The notes under the pieces: model-generated
Database searches by the model: none
Seen by the model: the letters and a program-made list of their open reading frames with translations, nothing else
Told to the model about the DNA's origin: nothing
Program-made: the position numbers and the translations under genes
Shown here: positions 28,867 through 38,906 of the stretch, piece after piece
How positions within the stretch are numbered: the first letter of the stretch is position 1
Layout of the letters: every line of letters starts with the position of its first letter
Origin: a virus
Taxonomy: Duplodnaviria; Caudoviricetes
Strand: one strand, 5' to 3'
Length of the DNA stretch: 64,000 nucleotides
Virus record (IMG/VR): IMGVR_UViG_3300012007_000015
Span: 1-64,000 of that record

Positions 28867-30039
28867 ATGAAGTACGTAAAGATTTATAACGAGAAGATGC
28901 AGCTCACTGGAGTTGCCGACATCGACAAGAACTACGACAAGACTGGCTATGTCAAGTGTTTCGACAAGGACATGAAGTTCATTGGCGTAATGGACGTCGA
29001 CACCATCCCCGAGTCTGGCGATGATATTCCCTACGTTGAGATGTTCGACGAGAACATGAACTTCGCTGGGGCTGTCACGGCAGACAATATCCGTCATTCC
29101 GATGGTTATCTTATCAAGTTGCAGAAAGACCCGTCTACTACTGGTAGTGTAAGTGGCGGCGGTCGCTTTGTCGAAGGTACGGAAGTCACCGTTGTAGCTA
29201 CTCCTGATTCTGAAGGCGATTATACCGCATTCGACGGCTGGTACGAGGGCGAGAATAAAGTTTCAAGGAACGCTTCGTACACATTCACAGTAAGCGGAGC
29301 GCGTACGTTGGTTGCGAAGTTCCTTAATCCTAATACAGTCATAACCTATACTGCCACAGAAAAGATAAGCGTAGGAAATAATTTTGGCAGTGCGCATATA
29401 ACATCCCACACGTTTGAGGATGGTCTTGGTATGATAAAATTTGACAACAGTGTAACAAGCATCGGAGACAACGCGTTCAAAGGTTGCTCTGGCTTGACGA
29501 GCATTGAGATTCCGAGCGGCGTAACAAGCATCGGAAGCAACGTGTTCAACGGTTGCTCTGGCTTGGCGAGCAATGAGATTCAGGGCGGCGTAACAAGCAT
29601 CGGAAGCAACGTGTTCAACGGTTGTACTGGTCTGGCGAACATCTCTGTTGATAGCAATAACACTAAATACGACTCTCGTGATAACTGTAACGCTATCATA
29701 GAGACGAGTACAAATACATTGAAGTTCGGTTGTAAGAGTACTGTTATTCCGAGCAGCGTAACAAGCATCGGAGGCAGTGCGTTCTACGGTTGTTCTGGCT
29801 TGACGAGCATTGAGATTCCGAGCAGCGTAACAAGCATCGGAGGCAGTGCGTTCTACGGTTGTTCTGGCCTCGCAAGTGTTGTTTGTAATCCAACAACGCC
29901 TCCGACTCTTAGCTCTTCTGCGTTTAACAACAATGCCGCTGGCAGAAAGATTTATGTACCTGCTGCAAGTGTAGACACCTACAAGGCAGCGTCTGTGTGG
30001 AGCACTTACGCAGATGACATTGAGGCAATACCGCAGTAA
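28867..30039 (+). CDS. BspA-like leucine-rich repeat (LRR_5) protein with an InlB B-repeat-like domain
   Basis: Repeats of IPSSVTSIGxxAFxGCSGLTSI; an upstream VSGGG...TVVATP...FDGWYEG...YTFTV...LVAKF module; three N-terminal YVxxF/YDxxMxxxG repeats. Confidence 0.88.
   Translation: MKYVKIYNEKMQLTGVADIDKNYDKTGYVKCFDKDMKFIGVMDVDTIPESGDDIPYVEMFDENMNFAGAVTADNIRHSDGYLIKLQKDPSTTGSVSGGGRFVEGTEVTVVATPDSEGDYTAFDGWYEGENKVSRNASYTFTVSGARTLVAKFLNPNTVITYTATEKISVGNNFGSAHITSHTFEDGLGMIKFDNSVTSIGDNAFKGCSGLTSIEIPSGVTSIGSNVFNGCSGLASNEIQGGVTSIGSNVFNGCTGLANISVDSNNTKYDSRDNCNAIIETSTNTLKFGCKSTVIPSSVTSIGGSAFYGCSGLTSIEIPSSVTSIGGSAFYGCSGLASVVCNPTTPPTLSSSAFNNNAAGRKIYVPAASVDTYKAASVWSTYADDIEAIPQ
29746..29868 (+). repeat. 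54-bp exact direct repeat within the LRR coding region (69-bp period)
   Basis: 29746-29799 is identical to 29815-29868. Confidence 0.9.
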
Positions 30040-30041
30040 AG

Positions 30042-30500
30042 ATGACCAAGGAAGAGTATTTTGTAGAAGTATGGCAGAGGAGTATGCGCAACCAAGGATG
30101 CTTATCGGTGGTTGCGTGTATCCTCGTCGCCTTTATTCTGATGCTGTCTTCCTGTGCCACTAAGACAAGAATCGAGTATCGTGACCGCGTTGTAGACCAC
30201 TATAATACGGTCACGGTACACGATACCTTAAAGATACATGATAAGGACAGTGTGTATCATCTTATAAGGGTTGTAAACGATACGGTTTATGATACCAAGG
30301 TAATTGAGAAGACAAGATGGAGAGACCACGTTATCACAAAGACAGACACCTGTTTTCGAGATAGCGTGCAGACCGAATATAAGGAAACCGTTAAAGAGGT
30401 TGTAAAATTTCCAAAGACATACTGGTACGCAGTAGGGTTTTCGATACTTTTCTTTATCCTCGTTGCGTACAAGCTTTACGTATTTATAAAAAGATTCTAA
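30042..30500 (+). CDS. Unimolecular spanin-like lipoprotein
   Basis: Lipobox LSSC after a hydrophobic signal, beta-rich periplasmic part, C-terminal TM followed by a basic tail. Confidence 0.75.
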   Translation: MTKEEYFVEVWQRSMRNQGCLSVVACILVAFILMLSSCATKTRIEYRDRVVDHYNTVTVHDTLKIHDKDSVYHLIRVVNDTVYDTKVIEKTRWRDHVITKTDTCFRDSVQTEYKETVKEVVKFPKTYWYAVGFSILFFILVAYKLYVFIKRF

Positions 30501-33500
30501 TGAAGATTCCCTACGACATATACAAGACGATGATTACACGGGGCCTTACGCCTGTGGAGTACATCGAGAACACTGGCAACGACGCTTATATAGATACAGG
30601 CATAAAGCCTACAGAGATTCACTCGCTGTACGTAGAGTACAAAGCCTCCGAGATTACGTACGACAGGCCGATGTATATTGCTGGTGCCCTGCGAACAGTT
30701 AGTGCCGACACGTTCGCCATAGTGTTCAAGGATGCAAGACATGAGGACTCGTACGCAAGATTCGGAAGCGAGTCGTACGAGTATGCCGAGTGCGACACAA
30801 ACAAGCATTCTGTCATGCTTGACGACACGAAGCTGTACTATGACGGAGAGCTTGTCAATACATTCTCTGGTCAGAAGGGTACGTGCAGGTACAACATCTT
30901 CCTGTTCCACGTAAACTACTATGGCTCGGCGCTTAGTGACAGATGTCTTGTCGGTAGGATTTACAGAGCGAGACTTTGCGATAATGCAGGGAACTCTGTA
31001 AAGGACTACTATCCATGTATAAACGCGAGCGGAGATGTTGGTATGTTCGATGCTGTCAGCAAGGCTTTTGTAGGTTCTGCAAACAGCGATACGTTTACCG
31101 CTGGTAATGTCGTAAGGGATGTATACGACGAGCTTCCGATTATCGCAAACGGCTCTTCGTTCCACAACCTCGCGCTGAGAAAGTATACCGTTGACTCGGT
31201 TGTTATGTCTCTCGGCGACAAGATTACTGGCGATATTGTTTGGAAGGACACTTCTCTCGTATTCTCCATGCAGGAGTATGTCGTCTATGCAGGAACGAAA
31301 TACGTTCTTGTGAATCCGCCTACGGTTGTCCGTGAGGGAATGGTAGCCGACAATAGCGAACTAAAGGGTGCTGCAAAGTATTCCTTAACGTTCTATCATC
31401 CGATGTACATGCTCGGTAATTTCCCGTTTACGGATATTGCTGTTACTGATGACGAGCAGAAATACCTGTCAGAGAGTAAGACCTTCTCGTGGATAGGCAC
31501 ACTGTTTGACTTCATCGCAAAGCTAAACGCCAACCTGCAGGGTACGGAATGGGTCGTAAGGGCCAACATTCCTCATTATGAGCAGGATGGCGAGACTGTG
31601 ACCTCTCAGTGGCAAAAAGCATCCACGACAAGTGAAGTCATGTCGTTCGACAAGAACTACATCAGCGAGGCCCTAAAGAAAGCCTACGACGAATGGGAGA
31701 TTCCGTTTACCATAACCGACGCAACGAATATCGCAGGCAAGAAGTATGTCATCGAGTTCGGCCTTCCGTCGCAGGAGATATACGGAGATGATGGTGTAAC
31801 ACCATACGTATTCCGATTCGGGCAGGGCGTGGGATTGAAGAACAACTCCAAGACCCCTCGAAACAACAAAATAATTACCCGTATTGTGGGTTGTGGCGCA
31901 GAGCGCAACGTGCCATACGGCTATCCGCAGATTCCTTGGTATGGAGACCAGACATGGAACTACACGATAAACAACGCCAGCGGTATGCAGCCGATAACGG
32001 TAGGCGGCGTGACGATACAGGCGATGTCCTATCCCATCTACGACGGTGTTGTAGGCGGTCAGCCAACCAAGCTTATAAAGCATCCGTTTACACGCAAGAC
32101 CCTTATGCCGTCCATATACGGACAGACCTTGTTCAACAAGGTAAGCCCATATCTTTCCGATGGTACGGCAAACCCAAACTACAATCCGAATACTACACTC
32201 GTTGACTACTACGACGCCATTGACGAGCTTGGCGGTATCCAGTATCCTAACAACATCAATCCTTTGGCACCTTCTGTAGAGCACCATCAGTTCGAGAAGG
32301 TATACCCGAAGCTTGGTGACAAGACGTTGGTAAACGTGCTTCCGTATGACGATAAGACGTATATCAGCTGGAATACCTTTTACTCAGAGATAAATTCGTA
32401 TATCGCAAACTCAAACAACGACAACGAAAAATCGTTTCTTAACAGCTGCAGAGAGGCTGTGTATCACTGCGACTATGGGCTGAGTTTCGACATCGAAAGT
32501 CGAGGAGGAAGCTATACTGGCAAATCTGTAGGACAGTCATACAAATATGGTGGCGGCTGGTGGGTTGATGTCTCATACACGTCTGACAACGTAAACTTCA
32601 AGAGGAATGTTTATCTCGGCTCATATAATCCTTCTAAAGTCGTTGAATGGGACGACACCTATGACTCCGAGAAAGACGAGTACAAGCAGTCTTATTTCAA
32701 GATGCGGCTTCCGTTGCTCGACTTCGACCTCTATGCGTGTGCTATCTACAACGAGGAGATGAAGATAAACATGCGTAGTGGTGCTTGTATCGGCTGCTCG
32801 TTCCCCATACAGATAGACTGGGACGATTACAAGGCCAACTTCTACACTCCAGACGGAACATTCGCTCCAGACGGAGAGCAGAGAAACACTATAAAGTATC
32901 CGAAGTCGAATGTGTCTCAAATCGCGGTTGTTTGCAAGAAAGAGGTTGAAACGTTCGGAACCCTTATGCCGAACATATACCAGCAGCCTGCTACGGGAGA
33001 CCTGTTTACAATACTCGGTATAAACCTACCTAATTCCTATATCAGCTCCGCACAGACAGAGCTGGACGGCGACATGAAGGAGTACATGCTGGAGAACAAC
33101 GTACACTACTTCGACTATCCTTTGAAGTTTGACGAACTCTTCCTCAAGAAAAGGCAGGCCATACTCGACCAAATCAAGAATAACTGCATCGTTCGGTTCG
33201 AGTCTGACAGCACGGAGATTGCCTTGTATATAAAGCAGATTACAAAGAAATACGGCGAAAGCCCGCTGCCGAAGTACGACATCACCCTCGCAGACGACAT
33301 TGAGATTGTACTCAACTCTATAGGACAGGTCACTGACGATGTTAGCAGGATGCGTGTACAGATGTCTGACATCCAGAAGTACTATTCCGAGTCTATTATA
33401 CGCGAGATAAAGAACAAACTGAGCCGTATAGAGGATGACATCTGCAGTGGCCGCATTACGTTCCAGCAGGGCCTGTCATCTATCGGAGAGATAATCCTGT

Positions 33501-36055
33501 ATGGCGGTATACGTAGCGATATTTTCGTGAGCGGACTGTATACAGGACGAGGATGGAAGGTCGATGAACTTGGCAACGCAGAGTTTGAGTCTCTTCGTGT
33601 ACGCTCTTTCCTTGAAATCGTAGAGCTTCTTGTCAACCGCATGCAGGCACAGGAAGGTGATACCATGTTTACGGACAACGACGTGATAGACAAGGTCACT
33701 CCGTACGACCTTACGGCAGTCTCTGCTTTAGATTCTGATAATCCAAGTCTATACGGGTGGTACGAACTCGTCGATAACGAATATGTGCTTTCTGGCGACA
33801 GGCGAGTAGTCTCTGGGAAAACATACTACAAGGCGTCTTCGTTAATTCTTTCCCTCAAGGAAAAGTACAACGGATACTACACGTCTCAGAAACTCGGCAA
33901 CATTCTTAGGGGTGTCATTAATATTCAGGCGGCTGTTGACTCTGGACTTGTTAAAGACCAAGACACCCGAGATATGGTCTTCTATACATCTTGGATGAAG
34001 GTCATACAGACTGCTACCGAGTCTACAGGCTCTGGTAATCCAACTCTGACTACCAACCAGATTCGGGTTGAGCTGTACTACGACGACGAAGTTCCTGGTG
34101 GCAGAAACTTTGCTCCTTGTGAGCTGATGACCATAGCACGCTGGGGAAATATTCTTGACCCACAAGAGCAGGGCATCTCTGATGCCGAGAAGAGGCGCAG
34201 GCTTGCTCTGTGCTCGTCATTCTATATCAGTACTACCGACGGACGTATAACCAAGCTCAACAACGTTCGGGCACCGATACTGACCGACGACAACTATGGA
34301 ACTACGCTCGGCATCCTTCCTGAGTTTGTGCAGCAGTATACCTCCATCGCCCCTCGTATCGCAGACGGGCAAGACTACCTGTATGCGCAGGGTGTCGTCG
34401 TGCAGGACTTCATAAAGATTGACCGCAATGGCAATGTGGTTTCCGAGGGCAACACCGAAAAGGAAAAGACAATATACAAGTGGGCGGACACAAAGCCTGC
34501 AACACCGACAGGAACAAACATTCCTCCTGCAGGGTGGTCTGAATCTCCCAACGTAACATTCCCAGACATCGAGCTTGACGGCCCAGAGCCAGAAGGCCAA
34601 TACACAAAGGTCGTGCAGAGAATAGACTTCTATGCTACGGAAGGCAACGCAACACTCACACTGAATGCCGCTGTGTCAAGTGAGGCCGACTATGATTTCC
34701 TTCTTATCGGAAAACTCGATAAGGATGATTTATATAACCTTCCTGCAGTTGATATTTGGAATGACGTTGACAACACTGGTGATTACTATGTACTCGCTTT
34801 GAGCGGAGAAAACTCACGTTCGTACACGTTTAGCGGTATATCTGCTGGAAGTCATCACGTATACGTCGCATTTGTCAGCGACAGAAACACAATACATGGA
34901 GCAAACAACGGAATCATCTCTTACGTTAGCTCAACCAATGTTACCCCTGCCAAGCACCTGTGGGTTAGCAAGGGAGACCTTGTCAACGGTGCTCTTTCTG
35001 GAAGCTGGAGCGAACCGATACAAGAGAACGGTGTAGACGGACAAGACGGACAAGACGGACAAGATGGCGCGAGGGGTAAGGTCGGTAGATTCTTCTACTA
35101 TGCAGGAGACTTCTCTCTGCAAGACCAAACAAACTACGTCATCAATGACGCTCAGGCTCCATACTTCTCCCATGTGGAGGACGGTCAGACATTGTACCAT
35201 GTGTTCAACCCAGAAACAAATCCGTCTGGTGGCACGATGACAACCTCGCAGATGTGGGCCGCAAGTAGTAATAACTGGAACAATGCTCCGTGGGAGGTGA
35301 TGACCAACGACTTCAAGTACATTATCACGGAAGCGTTATTCGCAAACTTCGCACTGCTTGGTAGCTTTGTCGTAAACCTCGACTTCTTCTTGTCGCAGTA
35401 CGGAACGCTGATAAGCAACAGTGGTGGCACAATCACAAGGACTACGATTGACGCCACAAACTATCATACTCTCGTTGATGGTGCTTTGCCGTACACATAC
35501 TTTGATGCGAGCGACCCAGAGGGAGAAACCGACCCTGCTTCTGGCGGTCATAAGTTCGTTCCGTCACTGTATCAGAATGCCAAGACAGGAAGAATTGTCG
35601 GCGATAATTGCAAGTTTATAAATATGGTCGCTAAAGGCGGCACATTCGATGGTATAACTGCAACCAACGCAGACATATCTGGAATACTAAGGTCTCCAGT
35701 CGTTTATTCCCCATTTTACGAAGTTGGAGGCGGCGATGTTGTCGATTTGAATGCGTCACTTGTTGCCACAAGATTTACGGAAGCAGGAATCGCTGGTATT
35801 GCAACTATCTATCTTCCTGCAGCGAGGGATTGTAACGGACTTGAGTTGAACTTCTTTTCTCCAAGGTTTACAAGGAGTGTGATGACAACAATAAAGATAA
35901 AGGCGAGTGGGAGTGATTTTTTATTGATACCAGACGGAAGTGGATATTATTCGGACTGCCCGAATGGGGCTGTAGTAGACATAAACATTTTTGTAACTAT
36001 AGTTTCTATCGGAAACAACTGGGTTCTGCTAAACGGAACTGTGACACCTTTATAA
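30500..36055 (+). CDS. Large tail tip / central fibre protein (1851 aa)
   Basis: N-terminal EYIENTGNDAYIDTG lectin-like domain, FRFGQGVGLK...KIITRIVGCG hub-like motif, LRVRSFLEIVELLVNRMQAQEGD motif, and a short collagen-like GQD repeat. Confidence 0.8.
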   Translation: MKIPYDIYKTMITRGLTPVEYIENTGNDAYIDTGIKPTEIHSLYVEYKASEITYDRPMYIAGALRTVSADTFAIVFKDARHEDSYARFGSESYEYAECDTNKHSVMLDDTKLYYDGELVNTFSGQKGTCRYNIFLFHVNYYGSALSDRCLVGRIYRARLCDNAGNSVKDYYPCINASGDVGMFDAVSKAFVGSANSDTFTAGNVVRDVYDELPIIANGSSFHNLALRKYTVDSVVMSLGDKITGDIVWKDTSLVFSMQEYVVYAGTKYVLVNPPTVVREGMVADNSELKGAAKYSLTFYHPMYMLGNFPFTDIAVTDDEQKYLSESKTFSWIGTLFDFIAKLNANLQGTEWVVRANIPHYEQDGETVTSQWQKASTTSEVMSFDKNYISEALKKAYDEWEIPFTITDATNIAGKKYVIEFGLPSQEIYGDDGVTPYVFRFGQGVGLKNNSKTPRNNKIITRIVGCGAERNVPYGYPQIPWYGDQTWNYTINNASGMQPITVGGVTIQAMSYPIYDGVVGGQPTKLIKHPFTRKTLMPSIYGQTLFNKVSPYLSDGTANPNYNPNTTLVDYYDAIDELGGIQYPNNINPLAPSVEHHQFEKVYPKLGDKTLVNVLPYDDKTYISWNTFYSEINSYIANSNNDNEKSFLNSCREAVYHCDYGLSFDIESRGGSYTGKSVGQSYKYGGGWWVDVSYTSDNVNFKRNVYLGSYNPSKVVEWDDTYDSEKDEYKQSYFKMRLPLLDFDLYACAIYNEEMKINMRSGACIGCSFPIQIDWDDYKANFYTPDGTFAPDGEQRNTIKYPKSNVSQIAVVCKKEVETFGTLMPNIYQQPATGDLFTILGINLPNSYISSAQTELDGDMKEYMLENNVHYFDYPLKFDELFLKKRQAILDQIKNNCIVRFESDSTEIALYIKQITKKYGESPLPKYDITLADDIEIVLNSIGQVTDDVSRMRVQMSDIQKYYSESIIREIKNKLSRIEDDICSGRITFQQGLSSIGEIILYGGIRSDIFVSGLYTGRGWKVDELGNAEFESLRVRSFLEIVELLVNRMQAQEGDTMFTDNDVIDKVTPYDLTAVSALDSDNPSLYGWYELVDNEYVLSGDRRVVSGKTYYKASSLILSLKEKYNGYYTSQKLGNILRGVINIQAAVDSGLVKDQDTRDMVFYTSWMKVIQTATESTGSGNPTLTTNQIRVELYYDDEVPGGRNFAPCELMTIARWGNILDPQEQGISDAEKRRRLALCSSFYISTTDGRITKLNNVRAPILTDDNYGTTLGILPEFVQQYTSIAPRIADGQDYLYAQGVVVQDFIKIDRNGNVVSEGNTEKEKTIYKWADTKPATPTGTNIPPAGWSESPNVTFPDIELDGPEPEGQYTKVVQRIDFYATEGNATLTLNAAVSSEADYDFLLIGKLDKDDLYNLPAVDIWNDVDNTGDYYVLALSGENSRSYTFSGISAGSHHVYVAFVSDRNTIHGANNGIISYVSSTNVTPAKHLWVSKGDLVNGALSGSWSEPIQENGVDGQDGQDGQDGARGKVGRFFYYAGDFSLQDQTNYVINDAQAPYFSHVEDGQTLYHVFNPETNPSGGTMTTSQMWAASSNNWNNAPWEVMTNDFKYIITEALFANFALLGSFVVNLDFFLSQYGTLISNSGGTITRTTIDATNYHTLVDGALPYTYFDASDPEGETDPASGGHKFVPSLYQNAKTGRIVGDNCKFINMVAKGGTFDGITATNADISGILRSPVVYSPFYEVGGGDVVDLNASLVATRFTEAGIAGIATIYLPAARDCNGLELNFFSPRFTRSVMTTIKIKASGSDFLLIPDGSGYYSDCPNGAVVDINIFVTIVSIGNNWVLLNGTVTPL
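35036..35062 (+). repeat. 9-bp tandem repeat (GACGGACAA x3) encoding a collagen-like DGQ run
   Basis: Read directly from the sequence. Confidence 0.85.
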
Positions 36056-36067
36056 ACAATAACGACT

Positions 36068-36493
36068 ATGAAGATAATATTCAACGATTACATACCCTTT
36101 AAGGGTTTCAGCGCGATAACGGTATATCCGTTTGTATTCGTGCGCGACGATGCCAAGATTAATAACAGGGTTATCAACCACGAGAACATCCATGCTCATC
36201 AGCAGGTGGAGACAATCTGTCTGACTGCAGCGGTTGTTGTTTGCGGTATCATCACGAGGATTCTGTCTCCGTGGTTCCTGCTTGCAATACCGATTTCGTA
36301 CTATGTGTTCTACGTGCTTGAATACGCCATCAGGTATATTCTGTACGGATTCAACCATGACGCAGCGTACAAAAACATCTCGTCCGAGCAGGAGGCGTAC
36401 CTCAACGACTTCGACCTGACGTACCTTGACAGGAGAAAGAGATTTGATAATCTAAAGTATCTGTTCAAGCGTACATACAGGCCGAAACAGTAA
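36068..36493 (+). CDS. Membrane-associated HExxH (zincin-like) protein
   Basis: HENIHAHQQ, a hydrophobic segment, then EQEAY. Confidence 0.6.
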   Translation: MKIIFNDYIPFKGFSAITVYPFVFVRDDAKINNRVINHENIHAHQQVETICLTAAVVVCGIITRILSPWFLLAIPISYYVFYVLEYAIRYILYGFNHDAAYKNISSEQEAYLNDFDLTYLDRRKRFDNLKYLFKRTYRPKQ

Positions 36494-36512
36494 CAAAACA
36501 AATACCTATTTT

Positions 36513-36544
36513 AAACGCCTCGGTGAAAATCGGGGCGTTTTTTT
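36513..36544 (+). terminator. Intrinsic terminator ending the terminase-tail operon
   Basis: AAACGCCTCG...CGGGGCGTTT stem followed by a T-run. Confidence 0.8.
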
Positions 36545-36702
36545 ATGCAAAAAAAATCGCAAAGTTTCTTGTAACTAATTCAAGTTGAAACGGTTACAAG
36601 AAATTAAAGTTCCAAAAAACAGAAACAAAAATTATTTTGCCCCGCGAAAGCCTTTAAACAAAGGGCTTTAGAAAGTTGCATACGGACTTAAAAACGTTAG
36701 GT

Positions 36703-36748
36703 TTTGAACTACTTTCTTTGGTGCGTAACTTTGCTGCCGTAACGTTAC
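36703..36748 (+). promoter_or_regulatory. Promoter with the palindrome GTAACGTTAC at the start site
   Basis: TTTG (36703-36706), 19 nt, TAACTTTG (36726-36733), palindrome at 36739-36748. Confidence 0.75.
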
Positions 36749-36802
36749 AACAAAGCGAATTTATAACTAAAAGTTTAACAAATCTAAATCTTACTAAAAG
36801 TT

Positions 36803-37729
36803 ATGGCAGAGATTTATCAACTCCCAAGTGAAAATTCGGGAAACAATGGGGCAAACATCCCCTTCTCAATTCCCATCGGCTTCGGCGGCATGGGTAACAA
36901 CGGGTTCGGTTTCGGAAACGGAATGAACGGCATATACGACCTTCTTGGCGTAGCCATTATTGCATCATTGTTTGGATGGAACAATGGTGGCTTCGGCGGT
37001 TTTGGCGGTGGTTTCGGTGGCGCTGGTGGCGCAGGCTTTATCAGCAACCAACTGAACAATGATAGCGGTCGCGAGTTAATTATGAACGCTATTACCGCAC
37101 AGGGCGAGGCAGCACGCACAGCCATTCAGACTATGAGTACAATGGTTGGTCAAGACTTCAACCTCTTAAACGCAGGTATTCAGTCTGCTCAGAACACTCT
37201 GAATCAGATTGCCAACCAGCTTGGTATGTCTACCTTGCAGATGATTAACGCTGTACAGTCTGGTGACGCTAACGTAATTAGCACCTTGCAGAGCTGTTGC
37301 TGTCAGACGCAGAAGCAGATTATGGAACAGGGCTACCAGTCTCAGATTGCAACCCTCAACCAGACCAATCAGCTTGGCTCGCAGGCAGACCGCAACACCA
37401 ATTCGTTGCTGAACGCAATCAACGCACAGACCGTTGCAATGAACGACCAGTTCTGCGCAGCCCGTGAGCGTGATATGCAGGCTAAGATTGACACGCAGGC
37501 TGACATCATCACTCAGCTTCGTGGTCAAATAGACAATCAGGCACAGACAAACCAAATTATTGGATACGTCAACAGCGTTATTGCACCTTTGCAGAAAACT
37601 GTGACCGAGATTGCTGACAAGCAATTGCCGACTGTGCCTGTGGTTTATCCGAACATCCAAGCCATCAACAACACTCCGTACATGGGTGGTTTCTACGGCA
37701 ACGGGTGGAACGGTAATGTTGTATTTTAA
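36803..37729 (+). CDS. Gly-rich membrane/coiled-coil protein with a CCC motif, function unknown
   Basis: Gly/Phe-rich N-terminus, hydrophobic LLGVAIIASLFGW, long Q/N/A-rich helix, LQSCCCQTQ. Confidence 0.85.
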   Translation: MAEIYQLPSENSGNNGANIPFSIPIGFGGMGNNGFGFGNGMNGIYDLLGVAIIASLFGWNNGGFGGFGGGFGGAGGAGFISNQLNNDSGRELIMNAITAQGEAARTAIQTMSTMVGQDFNLLNAGIQSAQNTLNQIANQLGMSTLQMINAVQSGDANVISTLQSCCCQTQKQIMEQGYQSQIATLNQTNQLGSQADRNTNSLLNAINAQTVAMNDQFCAARERDMQAKIDTQADIITQLRGQIDNQAQTNQIIGYVNSVIAPLQKTVTEIADKQLPTVPVVYPNIQAINNTPYMGGFYGNGWNGNVVF

Positions 37730-37748
37730 CGCATAAGGAGGCTGGAAT

Positions 37749-38090
37749 ATGGGATGCGCTAATATAACAACTAACGCTGGAGGAATACCGTATCTGAGTA
37801 CGTCCAACGTGACGATTTCAACTACGTCGGTAGACCTCGCACTCGGCTGGAATCGGAGGGGTTTACCTCCTGTGGGTTTCTTTACCGTGAGAGTTGCTGA
37901 CGCTATACCTGCAGACACCACGACAACGCTGCCTGTTACGGTAACATTTAACGGTGTTACGCGTAACCTGACTCTGTTCGATGGAACACAGGTGACAGCA
38001 GCAGAAATCCTCAACGGCACAGGAGCCTTGCTTATCTTCAACGACAGGTTCAACAATCTGCTCCAGCTGATGAGCCGTACAACCGTCTAA
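37749..38090 (+). CDS. Beta-rich hypothetical protein
   Basis: 113 aa, T/V-rich, second gene of the operon. Confidence 0.75.
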   Translation: MGCANITTNAGGIPYLSTSNVTISTTSVDLALGWNRRGLPPVGFFTVRVADAIPADTTTTLPVTVTFNGVTRNLTLFDGTQVTAAEILNGTGALLIFNDRFNNLLQLMSRTTV

Positions 38091-38114
38091 TCACAAATCA
38101 AAAAAGTAAACATT

Positions 38115-38651
38115 ATGGACTTCAATTCATTAGGTAACGGTAATCCGTTCTACGTTCTCCGTAAGGGAGAAAAGCCATACCTTGAAGTTGGTGTGGTCAA
38201 GTCAAAGTCTCAGCCGAGGGCCCAGTATCCGATGCAGACTCCGAATCTCGGTATCGGCATGCAGATGCAACAGGTCGTCGATGTGACGGCAACCATCAAT
38301 GGCAAGGACGAGACATTCCAGAATCTTCCCATAAACGTTGAGATAGCATCAAGGGGTAACGACACGTTCAGCGGTTCGAGGGAGGCGATGCTGCAGGCCG
38401 TAGACGCTATGCTGCAGACTTCCAAGAAGGCCATCGAACAGGTTCCTTATCACAAGGGTGTCATCGCAGAGTCCGAGAAGATGCTCGAATTACTCAATCC
38501 TCAGTATGCGGAGAACAAGCAGAACGCGAGGGTTATCCAGTCCTTGCAGGAGAAGCAGAAGGCACAGGAGCAGCAGCTGGCAGAGCTAAAGGCCCAGAAC
38601 AGCGAAATGCTCACGATACTGCGACAGTTGAACGGTGGAGCCGCTACCTAA
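38115..38651 (+). CDS. Hypothetical protein with a C-terminal coiled coil
   Basis: 178 aa; beta-rich N-terminus and Q/E/K-rich helix. Confidence 0.75.
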   Translation: MDFNSLGNGNPFYVLRKGEKPYLEVGVVKSKSQPRAQYPMQTPNLGIGMQMQQVVDVTATINGKDETFQNLPINVEIASRGNDTFSGSREAMLQAVDAMLQTSKKAIEQVPYHKGVIAESEKMLELLNPQYAENKQNARVIQSLQEKQKAQEQQLAELKAQNSEMLTILRQLNGGAAT

Positions 38652-38687
38652 TGGTAGGAGCCCTGTAAACAAAGAAAGGAAAGTAAT

Positions 38688-38906
38688 ATGGGATATATTT
38701 TTGTAGACAGAGATGGCGATGGAATCCGCAACGAAATGCGGAGGAATATGCGCGAGTCCATGAAACATGACGGCTACAGTCCGATGATGCGCGGTGATTC
38801 CGAGAAGGAGCACTGGTATCGTATGGGCTACAAGGAAGGCTGGCATGACCACGAGGACGAGATGGATATGCGTCGCGCCCGTGACAGCAGAGGCAGGTTC
38901 ATCTGA
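38688..38906 (+). CDS. Small Met/Arg-rich protein ending RRARDSRGRFI
   Basis: 72-aa low-complexity charged ORF. Confidence 0.7.
   Translation: MGYIFVDRDGDGIRNEMRRNMRESMKHDGYSPMMRGDSEKEHWYRMGYKEGWHDHEDEMDMRRARDSRGRFI

Noticed and set aside
28867-30039. LRR repeats as a diversity-generating retroelement TR/VR pair
   Set aside because: Differences between copies are not limited to adenines, the copies are tandem and in frame, and no reverse transcriptase is present in the window.
37166-38056. 296-aa minus-strand ORF
   Set aside because: Antisense shadow of the CCC operon genes.
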